DNA from: an uncultured Planctomycetales bacterium
GTDB taxonomy: Bacteria; Planctomycetota; Phycisphaerae; UBA1845; PWPN01
Assembly: GCA_964569765.1 (NCBI GenBank)
Contig: CAZMVY010000003.1
Location: 1-56,082, forward strand
Length of the DNA stretch: 56,082 nucleotides
Reading direction: 5' to 3'
The translations under genes were made by a program, and so were the position numbers. Each line of letters opens with the position of its first letter. The first letter of the stretch is position 1. Below the pieces are notes generated by a model. That model was not told the origin of the DNA. It did not search any database and worked only from the letters and a program-made list of their open reading frames with translations. This document shows, one piece after another, positions 1 through 8,163 of this stretch.

Positions 1-310
1 GCCGACGAGAGTGCCTCACCGCTCTCTCGGCCGTGACCACATCCCGCCCGACCGCGGCCTTTCCACCGAAAACCACCTTCCCGAAGCAGGAACGCATCAT
101 CGGTGCGGCACGTCGCCGCAGCGGAACGAAAGAGAACAAAAACGCAGGAAACCATGAAACGGACGACGACCACCGCCGGCCGGCGCGACGACCGAAAACG
201 GCGAACGGCGCCCGTCCGTGTCGCCGGCCCCTGCCATGCGCGGGCCGGTTGCGTGCGCCACTGCGTGTCGATTCATTCAACGGCGCACGCCGTCTCGCCA
301 ACACCGGTAC

Positions 311-328
311 GTTTATGCTAAGATAAAC
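311..328 (+). promoter_or_regulatory. AT-rich inverted repeat GTTTAT-N6-ATAAAC containing a -10-like TAAGAT; candidate promoter/operator of the downstream operon
   Basis: It is the only AT-rich patch in the GC-rich leader 1..480. TAAGAT lies at 319..324. A weak -35-like TCGCCA lies at 295..300, giving an 18-nt spacer. Confidence 0.3.
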
Positions 329-416
329 CCCTGTGTCGCGCGTCGGGACTGCCGCCGTGCCCGCCGGGCCGCAAGCGCTCCTCGAATCGCGCGTCGGCGT
401 CTTACGTCGTTTGGAG

Positions 417-464
417 TGCGGTCTCTCCGGGGCCGCTATCCGTCTGCGGTCTCTCCGCGGCCGC
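417..464 (+). repeat. Two copies of a 20-nt direct repeat, TGCGGTCTCTCCG(G/C)GGCCGC, with a 28-nt period
   Basis: Copies at 417..436 and 445..464 are 19/20 identical. The second ends 17 nt before the ATG at 481. The repeat itself is certain; its function is unknown. Confidence 0.9.
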
Positions 465-480
465 CCACGGGTCTGGGTGA

Positions 481-2907
481 ATGGTGCGAAGCATTCGTTG
501 CGGGCGTGATCGCGCAGGTGCGTGTCTCGTCGGCGTCATCGCGTGGGCGTGCGCCGTGGCCGGCAGCACCGCCTCCGTCGAGGCCGCCCAGGAAATCCGC
601 TTCAAGGTAATCGACGGCAAACTGTGCGCGAAATGCACGCTGAGCTGCCGCGCCAAGTCGATACCGGCCAACGTGGTAATCAACCTCGGCCTGCCGACGC
701 CGCTGCTGGTACACGAGCGGACGGCCAGACTGATGGAAGTCGGGCCCGACGCCGCCGTGGACCTCAAGTTCGATGACATGGTGATGCCGAATCTGACAGG
801 GCGGGCGGCGAGGCTGCCTTCACTGGACGAGTTGACCAGCGAGCACTCGACAGAGCTGGAGGAGATCCCGGCGGTCGCCATTCTGGGCGCGACGGCGTTC
901 GCGGACTTCTCCGTGCAACTGGAGGTCGGCGAGGGCATCCTGCGCCTGCTGCCCGCGGCGCAGCGTCATCCGCCGGCGGCGAGCCGGCCGCTGGAAGATG
1001 CCACGGCCGACGTTTCCTCTGCGACGGCCTGCTCGGTTCCCTTCGAGGAACGCGGATACGGCTACTTTCTGGCCGCCCGCGCACCGGAAGACTTCGCGCT
1101 TCGTGTGCTGTTCTCCACGTCGGGGTACGACACGATTATCGATTCCAACACGGCAGACCTGGCCGGCGCCCCCGGGGGGGATCTGGATGACCTGCACCTG
1201 GGACCGCTGAACCTGGCCCGGTACGTCGCGCTGCGGCCGGAGGACCTGTCCGGCACGCCGTCGCCACACCCCGACGTGATTCTGGGAACGAACATTCTCT
1301 CACACTTCCGAGTGACGATCGACTGGGTAAACCGTGAGATCCGCTTCGAGCAGACGCGGGCGCCGCAGTTCCCGACGGAGGAGCGGGAGTTTTTCATCGC
1401 GCGAGCGAAAGGGGACGCCGACGCAATCGAGTCGTTCCTGAAGGCGCACCCGTCGTCGCGGCTGGCCACCGAGGCGAGCACAAAACTGCTCGCCCTGCGG
1501 CTGGATGAGTATCCGCCGGACCGCGAGGCGATCGGCCGCGCCCAGCGGTGGCGCGCGGAGGCGGCCCCGAAGGATCGGCGCTCCGGGCTGATGGTGAAGA
1601 TGGCCGACGATCTCCTCTCCGGCAAGCGCGACGACAGGTACGCCCTCGCCGCAAACGCCGTGAAGATCGGGCTCGAATACGCCTCTTCGGCGCTCAACGG
1701 CCGGACGGTCCATGACCTCCGCGCCCGGCTCGGGCTGATCGCCCTGCGAAACAACGACCCGAAGCAGGCGCGACGAGACCTGCTGTCCGCCGCGTTCGGC
1801 ATTCCGCGAGACCCGTTCGTGAACCTCTGGCTGGGCGAGCTCTATGAGCAGTCGGGGCAGTTGATGCGGGCCTGGTCCCGCTACGCCCAGTCGGCCATCA
1901 GCGAGAATCCCCCCCCCGAAGCCATGACCGGCCTGGACCGCCTGAACCGGAACCCTACGTTTCGTGCTTCGTTCACCATGACGGATGCGGAACAGCTCCT
2001 GGAGGGGCGTATCGCGGAGTTTCACCCGGCCGGGCGGTACGAGGAGGAGATGTCGTCGACGGCGCCGACCCGGCCGACCGCGACCACACCTGTTGCGCCA
2101 GGCCGGACCGTGCGCCTGGTGGAACTCTTCTCCTGCGTGGACCACCCGCAGACGCGGGCGCCGGAGATGGCGTTCGCCGGCCTGCGGGAGTACTTCGAAC
2201 CCGCGAACGCCGACGGGATCGTCGGCGTACCGGCCTCAGCGCCAAGGGTAGCCCTGATCGAATACCATCTCGCCGCACCGGAGACGGATCCGCTCGTCTG
2301 CGGGGCGAGCGCTTCCCGCGCGACGTTTTACGGGATCCGCGAGGCGCCGGTCGCGTGCTTCGACGGCGGCCGACCGAACACGGACGGGGGAACCGACAAG
2401 GACGTGGAGAAGATCTTCTCTGCGTACAAAGCGACGTGCCTTTCGCCCGAGGGTGGCGACGCGGGATGGCGGATCAGCGGCCGCGCATCTCTCCTGGGCG
2501 ATGAGATCCACGGGGCGATCCAGGTCCGCGGCGGTTCCGGCGCAGAAGCGTTGCGTCTTCATGCGATGCTATGCGAGAAGATCCTGATGACCCCTGGGGC
2601 GAACGGCCTCCTGCTCCACCGGATGGTCGCCCGCGCCGCCCTTTCGCCGGACGACGGCTTCCCCGTCGCCTCGGGGAAGGAAGAGCAGGTCTTCGATATC
2701 CGTGCGAGCGTGAAGCAGGTCGGCGAGGCCCTCGAGCAGATGATCACCAGGCTGGAGAAGGAGCGGAACGTCAAGTTTCTGATGCGGCCTGTGTACGTCG
2801 ACGGCGGAGCGTGCGTGGTGGTAACGTTTCTGCAGAACATGCGGAGCAAAGAGGTTCTTGCGGCGAGCGCGTTCGACGTCGTGCCGGGCGCCAAGGGCAA
2901 ACGATGA
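481..2907 (+). CDS. Secreted/membrane-anchored hypothetical protein (808 aa) with two degenerate retropepsin-like lobes, a TPR-like middle and a C-terminal alpha/beta domain
   Basis: ATG start and a hydrophobic N-terminus (CLVGVIAWACAVAGSTASVEA). Two segments end in the retropepsin-type motif (AILGATAFADFSVQLEV... and DVILGTNILSHFRVTIDWVNREIRFE). The expected D[TS]GA positions read NLGL and STSG. The stop overlaps the next start (ATGA at 2904..2907). Confidence 0.7.
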   Translation: MVRSIRCGRDRAGACLVGVIAWACAVAGSTASVEAAQEIRFKVIDGKLCAKCTLSCRAKSIPANVVINLGLPTPLLVHERTARLMEVGPDAAVDLKFDDMVMPNLTGRAARLPSLDELTSEHSTELEEIPAVAILGATAFADFSVQLEVGEGILRLLPAAQRHPPAASRPLEDATADVSSATACSVPFEERGYGYFLAARAPEDFALRVLFSTSGYDTIIDSNTADLAGAPGGDLDDLHLGPLNLARYVALRPEDLSGTPSPHPDVILGTNILSHFRVTIDWVNREIRFEQTRAPQFPTEEREFFIARAKGDADAIESFLKAHPSSRLATEASTKLLALRLDEYPPDREAIGRAQRWRAEAAPKDRRSGLMVKMADDLLSGKRDDRYALAANAVKIGLEYASSALNGRTVHDLRARLGLIALRNNDPKQARRDLLSAAFGIPRDPFVNLWLGELYEQSGQLMRAWSRYAQSAISENPPPEAMTGLDRLNRNPTFRASFTMTDAEQLLEGRIAEFHPAGRYEEEMSSTAPTRPTATTPVAPGRTVRLVELFSCVDHPQTRAPEMAFAGLREYFEPANADGIVGVPASAPRVALIEYHLAAPETDPLVCGASASRATFYGIREAPVACFDGGRPNTDGGTDKDVEKIFSAYKATCLSPEGGDAGWRISGRASLLGDEIHGAIQVRGGSGAEALRLHAMLCEKILMTPGANGLLLHRMVARAALSPDDGFPVASGKEEQVFDIRASVKQVGEALEQMITRLEKERNVKFLMRPVYVDGGACVVVTFLQNMRSKEVLAASAFDVVPGAKGKR

Positions 2908-4475
2908 GCGAAATCGCGGACAATCCGGACGCTCGCGCCGGCGGACTCAGGGAGGAGTTCGAGCTTCTGCTGCGAACGTCGCGCCAGCGCCTGCGGCGAG
3001 CCAGGCTGCGCGGGCAGGTCCGCGTCGCCGTCGATCGCGCGATCTGGACTGTAACCCTCCTGGCCGGCGCGTACTGCCTGTTGCGGCTGGGATGCCTGGT
3101 GGCCGGACGCCCGGTGCCCATCGGGTGGACCGGATACGGCTGGCTGGTTCTGGCTGGTGCGATCGCGGCAACGGCAGCGGTGATGCTGGCAGCGCTGCGC
3201 GATGTGCCCTCTCTCCGCGAGGCGGCGGAACGGCTCGACCTGAGCGCGCAGGACCACAACCGGGTCGCCATCGGGCTGGCGCTGGCAGACAGCGGAGCAC
3301 AGGGGGGCTTTGCCCGGGCGGCGATCGACGACGGACTGGGATACCTGCGCCGCCTGAAGGACGCGATCCCGTATCTGGAGGCGGGACGACCGATGCCCCG
3401 CGGCAGCCTCTATCGAGCGATTGCCTTCTGCGGATTGACCGCTCTCGCCGCGCTCGTGGGGAACGCACCGACCGGCGCCGCGATTGCAGAGGCCGGGGGT
3501 CCGGCGACGGCGCATGCGTCGGGGGAGCGCCGGCCGGCAGGCGAGACCGCGAACGGGCGCCGCGATCCGGCAACGCCGACCGCCGCGCAGTCGCAGCCGG
3601 CCATGAGCAGGGGCAATCGGAAGAGCGTTGCGACGTCGCCCGCCGGGCGGCCGCCGGCCGGCCTGCGGAATGAGGCGGGAACCGGCCGCACGGGCAGCGA
3701 GGTCGGTGCCGAAGCGAGCCCGTCAGACCGGTCGGCAAGCGCCCGCGGGGACTCGACCGACACGTCAGCGACCGCCCCGGTTCCGAAGCGTAAAGACGCC
3801 AGGACATCCACGCCGAAGCCCTCGAAGGAATCAAAGGTGTTGGCCGGCCAGAAACCCGAAAAGGGCGAGGAGAGCTCGTCCATCGGTCAGGGAGCCTCCG
3901 GAGGCGGAGCGATGTCGGCGGTGCAGAACGCGTGGTCGCAGCGCGATCAGGCGAAAGAGGGCGACCGCCAGGAGAACGAATCGGAAGAGAAGGTGGAGGA
4001 GGAGAAGGAATCAAGCACGCAGCGCGGCGGCATCCAACCGTCGCTGAAGGACCGGACGGACTCGCCGCAGCGCGAACTCGGGATCCCGGGCGAGCAGGAA
4101 GGGCCACCCGGCACCGGGCGCGGCGGACCGCCGCCGCCGAAGAAGTCCCGCGGCACAGCGTCGCTTGTGCTTGGAGTTCCCGTACCCGACTTCGTCAAAG
4201 GGCGAGTGGGACCGGGTACTACGAAGATCACCCATGAGCGGGTGGAGCCCTCGCCCATGCCGGGCGATGCATCCGTGGCCGCCCCGGCCGCGCGCCGTTC
4301 GCAGGAGGAGACCCCCTGCCGGCGGTTCGACGTGCCGTCGGCCTTTGCCGCGGTGGTTCGGAACTACCTCGTGGCTTTGCATTCGGCGGACCAGAAAGTC
4401 TCGACAGAAGACCGGCGGCCGGCGGCCCCCGGGCAATCGACCGACGCAGGCCGGGTGCCTGCGGTACAGGAGTAA
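2904..4475 (+). CDS. Membrane protein (523 aa): coiled N-terminus, two TM helices, ~300-aa Pro/Ala/Ser/Glu/Lys-rich low-complexity region and a conserved-looking C-terminal block (DUF4175-like placement)
   Basis: I chose the ATG at 2904 (MSEIADNP...) rather than the track start at 2571, which would overlap the upstream gene by 333 nt. TM segments are IWTVTLLAGAYCLLRLGCLV and GWLVLAGAIAATAAVMLAAL. The gene sits directly upstream of moxR. Confidence 0.6.
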   Translation: MSEIADNPDARAGGLREEFELLLRTSRQRLRRARLRGQVRVAVDRAIWTVTLLAGAYCLLRLGCLVAGRPVPIGWTGYGWLVLAGAIAATAAVMLAALRDVPSLREAAERLDLSAQDHNRVAIGLALADSGAQGGFARAAIDDGLGYLRRLKDAIPYLEAGRPMPRGSLYRAIAFCGLTALAALVGNAPTGAAIAEAGGPATAHASGERRPAGETANGRRDPATPTAAQSQPAMSRGNRKSVATSPAGRPPAGLRNEAGTGRTGSEVGAEASPSDRSASARGDSTDTSATAPVPKRKDARTSTPKPSKESKVLAGQKPEKGEESSSIGQGASGGGAMSAVQNAWSQRDQAKEGDRQENESEEKVEEEKESSTQRGGIQPSLKDRTDSPQRELGIPGEQEGPPGTGRGGPPPPKKSRGTASLVLGVPVPDFVKGRVGPGTTKITHERVEPSPMPGDASVAAPAARRSQEETPCRRFDVPSAFAAVVRNYLVALHSADQKVSTEDRRPAAPGQSTDAGRVPAVQE

Positions 4476-4484
4476 CCTACAACC

Positions 4485-5510
4485 ATGAACAGACCGATGT
4501 CCGAGCATCCCCTGGCTACGGAAGACGCCGCCCGGCAGGCGGCCCGTTTCCGCGAAGTCTTCGACCGCCTCAAGAAGGAGGTGCACAAGGTCTTCGTCGG
4601 CCACGACGATCTGGTAGAAAACGTGCTGGCCGTCCTCCTGTCGGATGGGCACGTCCTGCTCGAAGGCGTGCCGGGCCTGGGCAAGACGCTGCTGGCGCGA
4701 ACGCTGGCGGCCGCGCTTCAGATCGAGTTCTCGCGGATTCAGTTCACGCCGGACCTGATGCCGGCGGATATCGTCGGCACGATGGTGCTGCATGAGAAGG
4801 AAGGCGGCGGCCACGAACTGCGATTCCAGCAGGGGCCGCTCGTGGCGAACTTCATCCTCGCCGACGAGATCAACCGGGCGACGCCCAAAACGCAGTCCGC
4901 GCTGCTCGAGGCCATGCAGGAGCGGCAGATCTCCGTGTCGCGGCGGACCATGCGGCTGCCCGAGCCGTTCATCGTCGTGGCCACGCAGAACCCGATCGAA
5001 CAGGAGGGTACCTACCCCCTGCCCGAGGCGCAGCTCGACCGCTTCATGGTGAAGCTGCTCGTCGGCTATCCGCAGGAACGTGAATACCACGACATCCTCC
5101 AGCGCACCACGGAACTGGAACAGCCGAAGGTCGAGCCGGTTTCCACGGGCGAGGAAATCCTGGCCATGCGGCGGATCGTACGCAGCGTGGCCGTCACGGA
5201 TCAGGTCCGAAGCTACGCCATCCGGCTCGTCATGGCCACGCAGCCGGGTTCGCCGCACGCCCCGGCGGCCGTGAACAACGCCGTCGCTCTCGGGTCAAGC
5301 CCCCGCGGGGCGCAGGGGCTGCTTCTGATGGGCAAAGTCCGGGCCCTGATCGGCGGGCGCTTCGCCGTCTCGTGCCAGGACATCCGCGACGTGGCGTTGC
5401 CGGTGCTGCGCCACCGCATCCTGCTGAGCTTCGAGGGACAGTCGGAGCGCGTCCGGCCGGACGACCTCATCACCGCCGTGATCGGCTCGGTATCGGAGTT
5501 GTCGAACTGA
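4485..5510 (+). CDS. MoxR-family AAA+ ATPase
   Basis: Walker A is LEGVPGLGKTLLAR and Walker B is FILADEINRATPKTQSALLEAMQE. VVATQNPIEQEGTYPLPEAQLDRF is typical of MoxR. The protein is 341 aa. Confidence 0.95.
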   Translation: MNRPMSEHPLATEDAARQAARFREVFDRLKKEVHKVFVGHDDLVENVLAVLLSDGHVLLEGVPGLGKTLLARTLAAALQIEFSRIQFTPDLMPADIVGTMVLHEKEGGGHELRFQQGPLVANFILADEINRATPKTQSALLEAMQERQISVSRRTMRLPEPFIVVATQNPIEQEGTYPLPEAQLDRFMVKLLVGYPQEREYHDILQRTTELEQPKVEPVSTGEEILAMRRIVRSVAVTDQVRSYAIRLVMATQPGSPHAPAAVNNAVALGSSPRGAQGLLLMGKVRALIGGRFAVSCQDIRDVALPVLRHRILLSFEGQSERVRPDDLITAVIGSVSELSN

Positions 5511-5513
5511 CGT

Positions 5514-6392
5514 ATGGCCGCGCTCTTCACCCAGGACTTTGTGCATTCGATTTCCCGGCTGCGAATCCTCGCGCGGCAGGTTCCCGCAGGAGGACGCCAC
5601 GCGGAGCATCGCTCGCGCGATCTGGGCAGCGGCATGGAGTTCCGGGATTTCCGCGCGTACGTGCCGGGCGACGACATGCGCCGGGTGGACTGGAATCTCT
5701 TCCAGCGAAGCGCGCGGCTGTTCCTGCGGCTGTTCGAAGAGCCGGAGGACCTGCCGGTCTACATCCTGCTCGACGCAAGCGACTCGATGTTCTTCGAGAC
5801 GCCGCCCCGGGCCGACGCCGCGCGACAGATGGCGGCCGTGATGGCCGCCGTAAGCCTCAACCAGTTTGACCGGACCGGAATCTACCCCTTCGGCGCGGAC
5901 ATCGTCCCGCCTATGGCACCGATCTCGGGGAAGCAGGGTCTGCATCGCGTGCTGCGCTATCTGGAACGATTACAGCCGGCCGGGCGCACGGACATGGCGC
6001 GATCGCTGCACCGCTTCGCTCACATGAAACTTCGCGGCGGATTGGCGGTGGTGATCTCCGACTTTTTCGATCCGCGCGGTGTTCACGCGGCCATCGACGC
6101 GATGCGGCCGCTGCGGCATCGTCTCCTGCTGGTACAGGTGACACGGGCGTCGGACGCCTCGCCGATGCTGGACGGGGAGCTGCGGCTGGTGGACTGTGAG
6201 TCCGGTTCGGGCGTGGAGGTAACCGTCACCCCCGGAAGCCTGGAGCGATATCGTCAAACATACGAGGCGTTTTGCGATGAGTTGTTGCGGTTCGTCGCCC
6301 GGCGGCGGGCGGCCCATCTCCGCCTGGATGCGGACCAGCCGGTGCTGGCGCAGTTGGGCGACTTGTTTGTGGACGGGGTGTTCGTGACGTGA
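5514..6392 (+). CDS. DUF58 domain protein (MoxR-operon partner)
   Basis: It carries the DUF58 signature FRDFRAYVPGDDMRRVDWN. The gap after moxR is 3 nt. Confidence 0.9.
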   Translation: MAALFTQDFVHSISRLRILARQVPAGGRHAEHRSRDLGSGMEFRDFRAYVPGDDMRRVDWNLFQRSARLFLRLFEEPEDLPVYILLDASDSMFFETPPRADAARQMAAVMAAVSLNQFDRTGIYPFGADIVPPMAPISGKQGLHRVLRYLERLQPAGRTDMARSLHRFAHMKLRGGLAVVISDFFDPRGVHAAIDAMRPLRHRLLLVQVTRASDASPMLDGELRLVDCESGSGVEVTVTPGSLERYRQTYEAFCDELLRFVARRRAAHLRLDADQPVLAQLGDLFVDGVFVT

Positions 6393-6420
6393 GCGCGGCC
6401 TTTGCAGAGTCGATGATGTA

Positions 6421-6434
6421 CGAAACCGGTTTCG
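6421..6434. repeat. Perfect 14-bp palindrome CGAAACCGGTTTCG in the DUF58/BatA-like gap
   Basis: Read directly from the sequence. It lies 26 nt upstream of the ATG at 6460. Confidence 0.9.
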
Positions 6435-6459
6435 GCCATAGCGAGGGATCCCGGCGGTC

Positions 6460-8160
6460 ATGACATTCGCGGGGCTTTCAGTCTGGGCCGTGGGGGCGAT
6501 GGTGCTGGCATCGGCCGGCGTATTGGCCGTCCTTCACCTGTTGCGGGTTCGCCCGCGGGAGGTGCGGGTCGTCACCACGCTCTTCTGGGTTCATGCCGTG
6601 GAACGCACCCGCGCCCGGACGCTGTGGGAACGGTTTCGCCACCCATGGACCTACGGCCTTCTCCTGCTCATCTGCACCCTGCTGTCCCTGGCGCTCGGCC
6701 AGCCCCGACGAACGACCGAGCCGCCCGACCGGATCTGGGCGGCGATCGTCGTGGATGCGGGCGCGCCGATGGGCGCGTCGTTCGGCGAGGCGCGCACGTC
6801 GTATTTCGACGCCGCGAAGGAGGCGGCACGCGAGGCGATCGGCCGGCTGTCGGCCAACGATCGGCTCGCGGTCATCATGGCCGACCCCTGGCCCCGGCTG
6901 GTGCATCGCATCGATGATCCCCGCCCCCTGGCAGCCCGAAGGCTCGACGAGGCGGCCGTTGCCAAGGCCCCCGCCGCCCTCGGTGAGGCCGTGAAACTCG
7001 CGCAGTCGCTTCTGAACGGACGCGACCGGGCCCGGATCGTACTGATCACCAACCGCCCGGAGATGCCGGATCGGCCCTCCATGCGGAACGAACCGGCCGA
7101 CGTGCAGTTCATTCGCGTCGGGGCACCGGCAGACAACGCCGCTGTCCTCTCGGCCGTCTTTGAGCCCGCCCCGGACAACCCGCTCCGCGGACGTTTCACC
7201 GTCCGGGTGGGTTACTGGGGCGATCGGCCGCGCGAGGTGCGCCTGCGGATTCAGCGAGCCGGCGGCGCACCACTGCTGGATGAAGCGTACACGATCGCAC
7301 CGGGCTCCACGCAGGACTTCACCATCGCGAACCTTCCCGCCGACGGGGACGCTCTCCAGGTGCGGCTGGAGCCGCCGGATGCGATGGCGGCGGACGATCA
7401 GGCGGTCTTTCGCCTGCCTTTCCGGACACCCATTCGAGTCGGGTTTGTCGGCGCGGTACCTGAAGTGCTGCGGCTGGCACTCGAGAGCGATTCCGCCGTT
7501 CACCCCGCGAAAGACGGCGGGCCGCGCGACATCGACGTAGTCGCGGGCACGTCACAGCACGACCTGACGCGGCCCTGCATCGTTGTGGTTGGTTCCGGCA
7601 CGCCGGCACCGGCGGGCCGACCGGTCCGCGCAGCAAGCGACTCGCCGTTCATCCGCGACCTGGACTGGGAAGGCGCGGCATGCGGAACCGGTGCGGCTGT
7701 GGACGCGGACGCCAATGGCGCCACACCGCTTCTGGCCGCGGACAATGCCATCCTGGCAGTTTTCGCCTCCGGGATGGGCCGGCCGCGATTGCTCATCGGC
7801 TCAACCCTGTTGGCGGAGGACGCCACCGCAAACCGCCGCCCTGCCTTCGCGGTCTTCCTCGCCCGGGCGACGCGGCGCCTGGCGGGCTGGAGCGATGATC
7901 CCGTGGTGCTCCCGCCGGAGCGACCGATTGAAGATCCGCTATGGTGTACGCGCGAACGGCTCGGCGGCAATGTCGTCGTGATGCCCGCCGGGCGTGATGC
8001 GGGCCTCTTTGCCATGAAGGAGCCCGATTCGACCGTGCCGCGGCAGGCCGGGCCCGCCGCGCGGATGGCCTTTCCTGAGCCGTTTGAACTTCTGTTGTAT
8101 GCCGCGATGGCGTGTTTCGTGTTCGAGGCCGTGCTGCATGCCAGAGGGAGGATTTCGTAG
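6460..8160 (+). CDS. BatA-like membrane protein (aerotolerance-regulator N-terminal domain plus a vWA-like domain with degenerate MIDAS)
   Basis: The N-terminus LSVWAVGAMVLASAGVLAVLHLLRVRPREVRVVTTLFW is typical of BatA_N. The vWA-like core is AAIVVDAGAPMG...RLAVIMAD...RIVLITNRP. There is a C-terminal TM. Confidence 0.8.
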   Translation: MTFAGLSVWAVGAMVLASAGVLAVLHLLRVRPREVRVVTTLFWVHAVERTRARTLWERFRHPWTYGLLLLICTLLSLALGQPRRTTEPPDRIWAAIVVDAGAPMGASFGEARTSYFDAAKEAAREAIGRLSANDRLAVIMADPWPRLVHRIDDPRPLAARRLDEAAVAKAPAALGEAVKLAQSLLNGRDRARIVLITNRPEMPDRPSMRNEPADVQFIRVGAPADNAAVLSAVFEPAPDNPLRGRFTVRVGYWGDRPREVRLRIQRAGGAPLLDEAYTIAPGSTQDFTIANLPADGDALQVRLEPPDAMAADDQAVFRLPFRTPIRVGFVGAVPEVLRLALESDSAVHPAKDGGPRDIDVVAGTSQHDLTRPCIVVVGSGTPAPAGRPVRAASDSPFIRDLDWEGAACGTGAAVDADANGATPLLAADNAILAVFASGMGRPRLLIGSTLLAEDATANRRPAFAVFLARATRRLAGWSDDPVVLPPERPIEDPLWCTRERLGGNVVVMPAGRDAGLFAMKEPDSTVPRQAGPAARMAFPEPFELLLYAAMACFVFEAVLHARGRIS

Positions 8161-8163
8161 AGC

